Positions 1 to 10,294 of a DNA stretch of 55,240 nucleotides are shown one piece after another. Within the stretch, counting starts at the first letter, position 1. Every line of letters starts with the position of its first letter. Origin of the DNA: an uncultured Candidatus Saccharibacteria bacterium. Lineage in GTDB: Bacteria; Patescibacteriota; Minisyncoccia; Minisyncoccales; CAYPLZ01. A program made the translations under genes and the position numbers. The notes below the pieces were generated by a model that saw nothing but the letters and a program-made list of their open reading frames with translations, was not told where the DNA came from and made no database searches. The stretch lies in assembly GCA_964555095.1 (NCBI GenBank), contig CAZKRA010000001.1, forward strand, positions 24,964-80,203. Reading direction: 5' to 3'.

Positions 1-2
1 AA

Positions 3-1145
<1,143 letters not shown>

Positions 1146-1167
1146 TATTATATATATAAAAAAGAAG

Positions 1168-1536
1168 ATGAAAAAGAAATTAAAGGAAAAATTAAAGGAA
1201 AAATTAAAAAAAGAAGAAAAAGAGATAAAAAAGACTCTTTCTAAGTTTGCCAAGGAGAATCCAAATTTAGAAGGAGACTGGGAGACTCAATACCCTAATT
1301 TAGGGTTAAATGACATTGATACCGAAGCAGATGAAGTAGAAGAGTTTAGTAACCTACTTCCAATAGAACATACCTTAGAGCTAAAATTAAAAGACATTAA
1401 AAAGGCTTTAAAAAGAATGGAAGAAGATAATTATGGTATTTGTAAAGATTGCAACGAAGAAATAGAAGAGGCAAGGTTAAGAGCTTCACCTGAAGCTCAA
1501 AAATGCATTAAATGCCTTACTAAAAATAATAACTAA
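1168..1536 (+). CDS. DksA/TraR-family C4 zinc-finger protein
   Basis: C-terminal CKDC-x17-CIKC four-Cys motif after a coiled Lys/Glu-rich N-terminus. Size is 122 aa. Confidence 0.7.
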   Translation: MKKKLKEKLKEKLKKEEKEIKKTLSKFAKENPNLEGDWETQYPNLGLNDIDTEADEVEEFSNLLPIEHTLELKLKDIKKALKRMEEDNYGICKDCNEEIEEARLRASPEAQKCIKCLTKNNN

Positions 1537-1541
1537 TTCTT

Positions 1542-2579
1542 ATGATATCATCGCTATTTAGCGTAATTAAAAAAGGAAAATATTTATTCGGTTTTTTAAT
1601 AATTACTCTTTTGATGGGGTATCTCTTTATTCAACCCTATCAACCTATAGAAGATGAAAAAATAGTTAAAAACTTCAAGCCTGTTTTGAAGGCTAGTAGT
1701 AATTTTGGACGTATTGAATCTCCAGAATTAATTTTAGTAAATAACAATAATATTTATCCTGCGACTCCTCCTGTAACAGTTGAGCCTCAAGTTCTTGGCT
1801 CTATTATTGGAGAAACTAATCAAGGAGAATCTAGCCCTTCTCATATAAAGAAGGGGATTAAAGAATATGTTATTAAAGAAGGAGATACTCTTTCTTCTAT
1901 TGCTGAAAAATTTAATATAAGTGTAAATACTATTCTTTGGTCTAATGAAATCAGTAAAAGCTCTACTCTTGCTCCAGAAGAAAAATTAACTATTCTTCCA
2001 GTAGATGGAGTTATGCATCTTGTTAAAAGAGGAGAAACTATTTCAGGAATAGCTGCTAAGTACAATATTGCTTCTGATGAAATATCATCTTTCAATGACT
2101 TAGAAGACGAAAGTGAAATTTATAAAGGAGATATTTTAATTCTTCCAGGGGCAAAACAAATACAGCAAGTTTATTATGCAAGTGCACAAAGAACTAACGA
2201 ATATAACACCTCTTTTATCCCTCCGACTACAGGTACAATTACTCAAACACAGCACGCTTATAATGCAATTGATGTGGCTAATAATTGTGGAACATTAATT
2301 GTCGCAGCAGCAGGAGGAAAAGTAATTGAAGCTAAATATAATAGTTGGCCAGCTGGAAATTATGTAAAAATAGAACACTACAATGGGTTAATAACAATGT
2401 ATGGTCATCTTTCCCGAATTTCAGTAAGTGCAGGAAGTAAAATAGGGCAAGGTGAACCAATTGGTTACATGGGATCTACTGGTTATAGTACTGGCTGTCA
2501 TCTCCATTTTGACTTATTAAGCACTACTGCTGCAAATCCGCTTTCAAAATATAATAAGGGTGATTATGTGAGATGGTAA
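1542..2579 (+). CDS. LysM-repeat / M23 family peptidoglycan metalloendopeptidase
   Basis: N-terminal TM. Two LysM-like segments (YVIKEGDTLSSIAEKFNISVNTILWSN; HLVKRGETISGIAAKYNIASDEI). M23 signature GNYVKIEH...GSTGYSTGCHLHFDL. Confidence 0.85.
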   Translation: MISSLFSVIKKGKYLFGFLIITLLMGYLFIQPYQPIEDEKIVKNFKPVLKASSNFGRIESPELILVNNNNIYPATPPVTVEPQVLGSIIGETNQGESSPSHIKKGIKEYVIKEGDTLSSIAEKFNISVNTILWSNEISKSSTLAPEEKLTILPVDGVMHLVKRGETISGIAAKYNIASDEISSFNDLEDESEIYKGDILILPGAKQIQQVYYASAQRTNEYNTSFIPPTTGTITQTQHAYNAIDVANNCGTLIVAAAGGKVIEAKYNSWPAGNYVKIEHYNGLITMYGHLSRISVSAGSKIGQGEPIGYMGSTGYSTGCHLHFDLLSTTAANPLSKYNKGDYVRW

Positions 2580-2620
2580 TCCAAAAGAATACCCTTTTTT
2601 ATTATTAAATTTAAAGTTTT

Positions 2621-2649
2621 AAAAAGAGGCCTTTTCGCCTCTTTTTTTT
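2621..2649 (+). terminator. Rho-independent terminator after the M23 peptidase gene
   Basis: aaaaagaggc-cttttc-gcctc stem-loop followed by an 8-T run. Confidence 0.6.
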
Positions 2650-2660
2650 CAATAATATTT

Positions 2661-3497
2661 ATGAATCTTTGCTCTAAAAAACAAATTAAAAAAATACTAA
2701 AAGAGTATAATTTAGCTCCAATTAAAAAAATGGGGCAAAATTTTTTAATTAACGAAAATGATCTCCATGTTTTTTTAGATGCTGCTGACCTTAAAAAAGA
2801 AGATGTTGTTTTAGAAATAGGTCCAGGTTTAGGAGTCTTAACTAAAGAACTAGCTAAAAAAGTAAATAAAGTAATTGCCGTTGAAAAAGATAGAAGATTA
2901 ATCCCAATTTTAAAAGATATTTTTTCTTCTTTTAATAATATTTCTTTAATTAATGAAGACATTAGAGATATTAAAATTAAAGAAAAAAAATTTAAAATAG
3001 TTTCGAATTTACCTTTTTATCTTACTGGTTTTATTACAAGAGATCTTTTAGAAAAGGAATTTAAACCTGACTTAATTACTATAATAATACAAAAAGAAAT
3101 GGCTGAAAGAATTTGTGCAAATCCCCCTAATATGAGCCTTGCTTCTTTATCAGTTCAATTTTATGGAGCTCCTAAAAAAATTAAAACTCTTCCTAAAAAT
3201 CATTTTTATCCTCCTCCTAATGTAGCTGCTAATATAGTTAAAATTAGACTAAAAGATTTAAAAGAAGATTATGGTCCTGTTGTTGCTACAAAAGATTTTC
3301 AAAAGAAATTATTTAAAATTGCTCGAATAGGATTTAAGCATAAAAGGAAAAAATTAATTAATAATCTTTCAAACGGATTAAATTTAGATAAAAGAAAAAT
3401 TAAAAAAATTTTTGATCACTCTAACTTAAAAGAGAAACAAAGAGCAGAAACATTAAAAATAAAAAATTGGATTCTTCTTACAAAAGCCTTATTGTAA
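2661..3497 (+). CDS. rsmA: 16S rRNA (adenine1518/1519-N6)-dimethyltransferase
   Basis: GQNFLINEN, SAM-binding EIGPGLGVLT, SNLPFY motif. Size is 278 aa. Confidence 0.9.
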   Translation: MNLCSKKQIKKILKEYNLAPIKKMGQNFLINENDLHVFLDAADLKKEDVVLEIGPGLGVLTKELAKKVNKVIAVEKDRRLIPILKDIFSSFNNISLINEDIRDIKIKEKKFKIVSNLPFYLTGFITRDLLEKEFKPDLITIIIQKEMAERICANPPNMSLASLSVQFYGAPKKIKTLPKNHFYPPPNVAANIVKIRLKDLKEDYGPVVATKDFQKKLFKIARIGFKHKRKKLINNLSNGLNLDKRKIKKIFDHSNLKEKQRAETLKIKNWILLTKALL

Positions 3498-3560
3498 TTG
3501 TTGGAAAGACAAAATTAATCTTTGCCGAGCTAAATATTATTTTATTAAGAAAATTAATTA

Positions 3561-3569
3561 TGGTATAAT
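3561..3569 (+). promoter_or_regulatory. Extended -10 promoter element (TGGTATAAT) for the pilin-fusion operon
   Basis: tggtataat lies 104 nt upstream of the ATG at 3673. The -35 is weak. Prediction from sequence only. Confidence 0.4.
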
Positions 3570-3672
3570 CTGATTAAACACCTTACATTATCTCTGATGC
3601 TGATATAGTCTAAAGATCTTAATCAATTTAATGATTGTTCTGCTAAGAATGATGATTTAATTATTTAACAAT

Positions 3673-6039
3673 ATGAGTTTAATTAATAATAAAAAGAAGC
3701 TTCTTTTTTTAATAGGAATTTTACTAATTATTCCTTTGTTTCTTTTAGCTCAAGAGGTTCCTCTTGAGGTTGCTTACCCTGAATTAGGAGACGGGGTTCA
3801 ACCAGGCGAAGGAGGTGGTTTAATTGCCTATATTAACTATGTTTATAATTTCCTTCTTTTTCTTGGAGGTTTAATTATTTTTGGAGTTTTAATATACGGA
3901 GGATATCTTTATTTTATGTCTGGAGCTAATGCTTCTAAAAAGAAAAAGGCAAAAAAAGTGATTTTTGCTGCTTTTTTAGGAGTAATATTATCTTTTTCAG
4001 CCCATTTAATTTTAAATACTATTAACCCTGAAATAACAAATATAAATGTTAGTCAACTTTCTAATATTCCAGGAGAGGACTTAAAAGATAGTTCTTCTGA
4101 CTTTAAAAAAAGTGATCTAAAAGCTCATGCAATGCCACTTGATTCTGCAATTGAAGAGTTAATTGGAAAAGATGATTTTTTACCACGAGTTAAAAAATTA
4201 ATTACAGAAGATTTAAAAAAACATATTAACGCTACTTTTACTGTAGAGAAAGAGATTGCAGGACAAGAACATAGACATGGAATTGCTAGTTTTGGAGAAT
4301 ACAATCATTATTTAACCACACACTGTTCTTGCCAAAATTTAGAAGGACAATGTGGTCCACCTAGTGCTTCTTCATTATGTGGAGAACCAAAAGAGAAAAA
4401 TTGTAAAGCAGTAGAAGGATTTAAGGGAGACGATGGAGAACCAGATCCCTGCCCAGAAGATATAAGAGAAGAAATAAATAATAAGCTGATTGATTTAGCT
4501 AATTTTGTTAAAAATGAAGGAGCCCCAAATAGCGAAGATTTTACCGAATTTGAAACTGATCTCAAAACTCTATATGGTAGAATAGAGCAAGAAAAAGCAT
4601 TATTGCAGAGAAAGCTATCTGCCTTTGAAACCCTTGAATATAGTCTAACAACAGCTGAATGGCAAAAAAACATTGATACAAGTTCTACCTTTTTAAAGAG
4701 ATTAAATTTAATGTTAAATCCTGAAAAGAAATCAAGTGCAGATAATATAGTTAGCACTTATGAATCTAAAAGACAAATAATTGAAATAGTTCCTTCTATT
4801 CTTTCTGATGTTAAGTTTTCTCCTTTAACTTTTTATGAATTATTTTATGATGAGATAGAACCCCCTTTTCAAAAAAAGTTGCTAGCTGAAACTCTTCCTA
4901 GTCAAATACTCAGAATAGAACATTTTTCTATTTTAAATAAAATTGAAATTGGAGAGTTAATGGATAAGGTACGAGAAAATTCTATTGTTATGCTTGGTAA
5001 AATGGAAAAAATAAGCAATTTAATAGAAGAGATGGAGGGCCAAATAGCTGACATCTCTGAAGGACTTTCCCAATGTAATGATAGTGATTGTGATGTTACT
5101 TGTACTTGTATTCCTAACCCACTTGCTTTCTTTGGAGGTCCTCCTTGTATACAATGTTTAGGTGGCTGTAATGGGCAAGCGTGTTCTGGTGCACAAGCAG
5201 ACTTAATAGAGGTAACAAAAGAATTAGATAAAACAGAAGATCTGTTATTAAAAACTATTAATGACTTTAAAATGGCAGCTGATAAATCTCCTCTTTATTT
5301 AGAAAATACAGAAGATTCTCCTTTTGAAACTTTAAATTTAAAAGATGTTAAAAATAAGACTATTCAATGCCAATCTAAAAAGGGGTGGGATTTAATTAGT
5401 TGCGAAAAGGCTTTAGATAATCCTTTAGTATCAGAAGGAGGAAAAGTAATAACTTCTTGTCATCCTCGAGATTATTTTTGTGCTGAAACTAAAAGAGTGG
5501 TAGATATGGAAAAACCATCATTTTTAAAGCTATATGATCCTGGTTATCTTTCGGACTATTCTACTTCTTCTGAAAATGGTTGTCCTAGTGATTGGGAATG
5601 TAGTCAAGAAATTAAAGACAATCAGCAATATCAAGATGCTTCTGCCCCTTTACAAAGATTCTTAACTTGCTTTAGAGAAAAAATTAATAGAAAAAAAGAA
5701 GAAAATGAAATAGAAGATACTATTATAACCATAATTAATATTTCTGATCCTAATCTTTATAAAGAAGGGGCATCTTGTTCTTGGAAAGATGGGGGAGAAG
5801 ATTGCAGTTATCCTTTTACTCAAGAATTATTCAAAGAAAGAGTCTCTGCTCATTATGGGGGAGAAAGATGTCATTTACATATTAAAAAATCTTATGCTGT
5901 TCAATTTAAATATGATCCTTTTTATATTGATATTTTAATCAAAGCAGCCAATGAATGTTTAGCCCCTGTAAACGTTAATAGTTCTCCTCCTTATTTAGAT
6001 ATTAGTATAGCAGGAGCTTATAGGTGTGGAGTAGAATAA
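3673..6039 (+). CDS. Secreted VirB2/TrbC-like pilin hairpin (first ~125 aa) fused to a ~660-aa Cys-rich extracellular domain
   Basis: Signal peptide LLFLIGILLIIPLFLLAQE. Two-TM hairpin YINYVYNFLLFLGGLIIFGVLIYGGYLYF...KKKKAKKVIFAAFLGVILSFSAHLILNTINPEI. About 26 Cys in clusters (HCSCQNLEGQCG, CNDSDCDVTCTCIP...CIQCLGGCNGQACSG). The N-terminal module is paralogous to the one at 8958. Confidence 0.6.
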   Translation: MSLINNKKKLLFLIGILLIIPLFLLAQEVPLEVAYPELGDGVQPGEGGGLIAYINYVYNFLLFLGGLIIFGVLIYGGYLYFMSGANASKKKKAKKVIFAAFLGVILSFSAHLILNTINPEITNINVSQLSNIPGEDLKDSSSDFKKSDLKAHAMPLDSAIEELIGKDDFLPRVKKLITEDLKKHINATFTVEKEIAGQEHRHGIASFGEYNHYLTTHCSCQNLEGQCGPPSASSLCGEPKEKNCKAVEGFKGDDGEPDPCPEDIREEINNKLIDLANFVKNEGAPNSEDFTEFETDLKTLYGRIEQEKALLQRKLSAFETLEYSLTTAEWQKNIDTSSTFLKRLNLMLNPEKKSSADNIVSTYESKRQIIEIVPSILSDVKFSPLTFYELFYDEIEPPFQKKLLAETLPSQILRIEHFSILNKIEIGELMDKVRENSIVMLGKMEKISNLIEEMEGQIADISEGLSQCNDSDCDVTCTCIPNPLAFFGGPPCIQCLGGCNGQACSGAQADLIEVTKELDKTEDLLLKTINDFKMAADKSPLYLENTEDSPFETLNLKDVKNKTIQCQSKKGWDLISCEKALDNPLVSEGGKVITSCHPRDYFCAETKRVVDMEKPSFLKLYDPGYLSDYSTSSENGCPSDWECSQEIKDNQQYQDASAPLQRFLTCFREKINRKKEENEIEDTIITIINISDPNLYKEGASCSWKDGGEDCSYPFTQELFKERVSAHYGGERCHLHIKKSYAVQFKYDPFYIDILIKAANECLAPVNVNSSPPYLDISIAGAYRCGVE

Positions 6040-6088
6040 TTTTATCTTTATTAATTTTTTAAAATTATGAAAATGAAAAAAAAGAATA

Positions 6089-8950
6089 ATGTGGAGTAAA
6101 ATTTCAAAGAGAAAATTAAATACTTCTTTAATTATTGGAGCAATTCTCTGTGGTCTTTTGCTTGGTTTTAATGCTCATAGTTCAAAAATGCCTAGAAAAA
6201 AATCTGTTCTTATAGAATTATCTTTTATAAGTCAAAATTTAATTAAAATAAATGAAAATTTAAACAATCTGCTTAAAGATTGTAATTGCAGTAATTCTGA
6301 AAGTATTTGTGTGCGAAAAGATAATGCATGTGTTACCGTTGGAAACTACAAGAGCCCATGTGAAAATCCATTAGAAATTGAAATACAAAGAGCAAAATTA
6401 CAAAAAAGCATACACCAACTTGCTCTTTTAACTCGCTTAGCTAAGACTGAAGACTCTTCTCTTTACCAAGAAAGTCAAAAAATATTCAATATTGCTACAA
6501 GCACAATGAAGCAAGTAAAAAAATGTTCTGGGCCTGATGCTTGTAATGGTACCTGTTTTCCTGTTCCTGCAAAAGAACTTTGTGGAAGTCTTGGAGTAAC
6601 TAGAAGACAAGTTCCATTTAAATTAAATTTTGGAGTTGAGCTTAAAATGGAGGATGTTACAATTAGTCCAGTTGAAATTAGCGAAGTAGGGCTAAGACTT
6701 CCTGAAAGTATAGCTACTCCTGATGTTCCTGCTCTTTCCAATATTGAAATTGAAATCCCCGATATAATAATTGATGGATTTGAAGTAAATGCTGGAGCTT
6801 TAGCTCATGCAAAAACCCCTGAATCTGCACTATCAATAGAAGCCAAAGACTATGGATCAAGTCCTATTCTTGATGTTAACTCAATTAGCACTCCTCTTCC
6901 TTCTCTTCCTAGTTTTAATTTAACCTGTGATAATAGTGGTGCAAATAATATTTCCCATTGTTCTGTCCCTTCTGATATGGATACAACAATAGAAGATGAT
7001 GGAATTTCAAAGTTTAATGACGTTTCTCAAAAATGTAAAAATCTTTTTACTACAGAAGAAAATATTTTTTATACTAAATCAAATCCTTCTTATGATTTTA
7101 AAGGAGATCAATTTGGAATAATGGTAAATGCCGAGCTTAGTGGCGATCCTTACTTTGATGATCAAATCTCCTTATCTCTTTTAGAAGAAAAATCTGGAGA
7201 GGTTTGTAAGGGAGATTATGAGGTAAGTAGTTCTGTCTCTCTTTCTGATATTTTAAATAATATTAATCAAGAATTAGATTGTCCAAACTACATTAAAACT
7301 CAAGTAAAAGATAATCAATTTATAGCAGAATCTACAACAGCTCAAGAAGGAATGGTTGAGCTTAAAAATGAAATTACTATTAATGCCTCTGTTTCTAGAG
7401 GAGGACCAACTAGCACCCTTGTTATTGACTCTGAGACGACTAAAATGGTCCCTGGAGGCTGTTTTAATCCTGATCAAGTGTTTGATACTATCTCCAATAG
7501 ATGTAACGACCTTAAGGCAAGTAGTCCCTCTCCTCCTGCTTGCAATCTTAATGAAGACAATTATGATTTTTCAGAAGAACAAAAAATAGAAAATGAAAAT
7601 ATATCTTGTGGAGGAGAAACTATTACTAATAGCCCTAATCAGCCTTGGTGTAATGATTCTATTCCTAGTATCCCTAAGATAGAACTGCCTGATTTCCCTG
7701 GTTATGAAATAGAGCTTCCTGATTTTGTTCTATTTCCTTTAATAGATATACAACTTCCTGATTTTATTATTGAAGAATTAAAGACACCAGATATTGAGCT
7801 TTGTAATTTAAATGAATGTCAAGACATTGCTCCTGATATAACTTTTAATCCTCAATTTCCTAAAATAGCAGCTCCGATAATTGAAATTCCTCAATTTACT
7901 GCTCCTAAAGCTCAAATTCAAGTTCAGCTCCCTGACGTTGAAGGGGGAGGAACAGCTTACATTGATGTTAAAATGCCTGAAGTAAGAACTACTTCTTTTA
8001 AAGCTCCTTCAATTAACTTAGGAAACCTTCAAGCTCCTGGTCTTGATAATCTTTTTTCATTTGCAGAACCAAAGTTAAACGTTCCCCAGATTGATATTCC
8101 AACCCCTCAAATTAATTATTATTTTGAAGGCCCAAGCTTGGAAATTACTCCTGGATTAATTATTGGAACCTTACTTAATGTTTTTAATATTGATCCTACT
8201 CAATATAGCTTTTCGTTCTGCTTAGACATCCCTGGGCTGGGCCTTTTAGATCAGCTTGATCTTCCTTTTATAGAACTTGTTTACGAAGATTATATCTTTA
8301 GTTGGCCTGCCTTCCCTGAAATTCCAGAACTTGATTTTTGTAGCGATATTAATCAATTTTGTGCTACATCTACCCAAAAATTAGAAGGAATGAAAGAAAA
8401 AATAAAAAAGATAGAAGAAACAATAGAAACCCTTGGTCAAGATACCCTGGGAGAAAAACTAGAAGAGCTTTCAGGCGTATTAAGTCAAAAATTAGAAGAA
8501 AAAATAGAAGAAAAAATAGGTCTTCTAGAGGATTCTTTATCTCAAGAAATTATAATTACAGAAGATCAATATGCTAAGCTAGAAACTGAAGGAACTATTA
8601 AGATCCCCAGTCAAAGAATTAATACTCCTAATATCACAATAGATGAACTTAAAATAGAAAAAAATTATCCGGAAGAAATCCCTATCCCATGGGATACAAT
8701 AGATCCAGACTTGCAAAGCATGGTTCTTACTGATCCAATTAAATATGAAATTTCTGATATTCCTTTAAGTATTTTAAGCTGGAAAAAAGATGTGGAAATT
8801 AATCTTCCTTTCTTACAAGAAATAGATGTTGAAGCAAAAATAACAACCGGAGAAAATCAAGGTTGCATACGTCTTGATCCAAGATCAAGCATGGATTGTA
8901 GTCTTAACCAAAAGACTAATGAGTTAAAAAATATACAACAAAACCTTTAA
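6089..8950 (+). CDS. Large (953 aa) N-terminally anchored Cys-rich protein with short x-Pro-Asp/Glu-hydrophobic repeats and a C-terminal coiled coil
   Basis: TM LIIGAILCGLLLGF. About 27 Cys (DCNCSNSESICV, CSGPDACNGTCFPVP). Repeats IELPDFPGYEIELPDFVLFPLIDIQLPDFIIEELKTPDIEL. Coiled coil EGMKEKIKKIEETIETL...EEKIEEKIGLLED. No family recognised. Confidence 0.55.
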   Translation: MWSKISKRKLNTSLIIGAILCGLLLGFNAHSSKMPRKKSVLIELSFISQNLIKINENLNNLLKDCNCSNSESICVRKDNACVTVGNYKSPCENPLEIEIQRAKLQKSIHQLALLTRLAKTEDSSLYQESQKIFNIATSTMKQVKKCSGPDACNGTCFPVPAKELCGSLGVTRRQVPFKLNFGVELKMEDVTISPVEISEVGLRLPESIATPDVPALSNIEIEIPDIIIDGFEVNAGALAHAKTPESALSIEAKDYGSSPILDVNSISTPLPSLPSFNLTCDNSGANNISHCSVPSDMDTTIEDDGISKFNDVSQKCKNLFTTEENIFYTKSNPSYDFKGDQFGIMVNAELSGDPYFDDQISLSLLEEKSGEVCKGDYEVSSSVSLSDILNNINQELDCPNYIKTQVKDNQFIAESTTAQEGMVELKNEITINASVSRGGPTSTLVIDSETTKMVPGGCFNPDQVFDTISNRCNDLKASSPSPPACNLNEDNYDFSEEQKIENENISCGGETITNSPNQPWCNDSIPSIPKIELPDFPGYEIELPDFVLFPLIDIQLPDFIIEELKTPDIELCNLNECQDIAPDITFNPQFPKIAAPIIEIPQFTAPKAQIQVQLPDVEGGGTAYIDVKMPEVRTTSFKAPSINLGNLQAPGLDNLFSFAEPKLNVPQIDIPTPQINYYFEGPSLEITPGLIIGTLLNVFNIDPTQYSFSFCLDIPGLGLLDQLDLPFIELVYEDYIFSWPAFPEIPELDFCSDINQFCATSTQKLEGMKEKIKKIEETIETLGQDTLGEKLEELSGVLSQKLEEKIEEKIGLLEDSLSQEIIITEDQYAKLETEGTIKIPSQRINTPNITIDELKIEKNYPEEIPIPWDTIDPDLQSMVLTDPIKYEISDIPLSILSWKKDVEINLPFLQEIDVEAKITTGENQGCIRLDPRSSMDCSLNQKTNELKNIQQNL

Positions 8951-8957
8951 ACTATAA

Positions 8958-10286
8958 ATGTTTTCTTTTAAAAAAATTAATAAAATAATACTTATATCTT
9001 TTTTTCTATTTTTATTTCTAATTCCATTAACCGTATTAGGAGTTAATGATTTAGAAGTTGATTACCCTAATATAGGAACAGAGGCTCCAGCTGACACTTC
9101 AAATCTTCCTCAATATCTTTCTTATGTTTATAATTTCTCTTTCTATATTATTGGCTTTATTCTTTTAGGATCTACTATTTATTGGGGGGTTATGGTTTTA
9201 GCTGCAATGGAAAGCGCAGATAAAAGATCGGATGCATTAAAAAACTTAAGGACTTCAGCTCTGGGTGCAGTATTGGTTCTTACTTCTTTCCTTGTTTTAA
9301 ATTCTATTAATCCTGACATTCTTAATCCAAACTTAAAGGAAATGAACAAATCAGAACTCGGTTTAAGTTCTGGGATTTATTTTTGTAATTATAAAATAAA
9401 CGATATTGATAAAAATATAAGCAATTATGCTCAAGGATCAAAAGAAGAACGAGATAAAGCAGCACAAGCTCTTAGTGCAAAGTTAAATCCAGGAGATAAA
9501 GATAAAGGTTGTATCCACTTAACCTTTTCGGGAAACATTGCCAAAAAAATTAAATTTTCTGATACTAGACCAGGATTACCAGAGCATACTGTTTTTTCTC
9601 TTCCTTCCCGAAAAATTACAAAAGAAGGAAGTGAGCCTAATTATATTTATGGTGCTCTCTTCCATGAAAAGGAAAACTTTGAAGGAAGAGCAACCCTTTA
9701 TCCTCTTTCTGCAGGAAAAGGTACTAGCAAAGAAAATTATTATAAGCCAGATAGTTATGAGCTCAAAATTAAGAATGAAGGATATGAGACTTTTATTCCT
9801 AGCTCTGTTACCATTTTTAAAAAGATATCCTTGTCTGAGGACGAAAAAATTGACTCTGAAGTAAAAATTTACCCTTATCCTGGCTATAATAGCACCAGTA
9901 CTGGAAATGAATCAATTAGTCCTAACCTTTTAGGTGATTTAAATCACCTTGATAATGATTTTCAAACTACAATTTTTTTAGAAGATTTTAAATATAAGGA
10001 CGAGAAAGGCTATTTTAATAATAATGTTCTATCGATTAAGATTTCTCCTGGAGGCAAATATTTAGTTTTTCTTTTCCCAGAGGATGAAGAAAAAGACGTT
10101 GATAGAAGCTATGAAGACGTTTTGATAACTTCTCTTGGGATCTTCGGAGAAATATTAGGCCCTAAAATAATAAATAATAGTAAAACTGATTTAGCTGAAG
10201 ATTTGTATACAACTATAGACGATAATCGCAACCGTATTCCTGCTATCAATTCAATTTTAATAATTCCAGGGAAAAAACTTAATTAA
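8958..10286 (+). CDS. Second VirB2/TrbC-like pilin hairpin fused to a ~320-aa extracellular domain
   Basis: Signal/TM ILISFFLFLFLIPLTVLG. LEVDYPNIG...YLSYVYNFSFYIIGFILLGSTIYWG...ALGAVLVLTSFLVLNSINPDILNP aligns with residues 30-125 of the 3673 protein. Confidence 0.6.
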   Translation: MFSFKKINKIILISFFLFLFLIPLTVLGVNDLEVDYPNIGTEAPADTSNLPQYLSYVYNFSFYIIGFILLGSTIYWGVMVLAAMESADKRSDALKNLRTSALGAVLVLTSFLVLNSINPDILNPNLKEMNKSELGLSSGIYFCNYKINDIDKNISNYAQGSKEERDKAAQALSAKLNPGDKDKGCIHLTFSGNIAKKIKFSDTRPGLPEHTVFSLPSRKITKEGSEPNYIYGALFHEKENFEGRATLYPLSAGKGTSKENYYKPDSYELKIKNEGYETFIPSSVTIFKKISLSEDEKIDSEVKIYPYPGYNSTSTGNESISPNLLGDLNHLDNDFQTTIFLEDFKYKDEKGYFNNNVLSIKISPGGKYLVFLFPEDEEKDVDRSYEDVLITSLGIFGEILGPKIINNSKTDLAEDLYTTIDDNRNRIPAINSILIIPGKKLN

Positions 10287-10294
10287 ATAAAATA

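Noticed and set aside
6067-6099. Short upstream ORF MKMKKKNNVE overlapping the start of 6089..8950
   Set aside because: It is only 10 codons of A-rich sequence and out of frame with the main ORF. It is most likely fortuitous.
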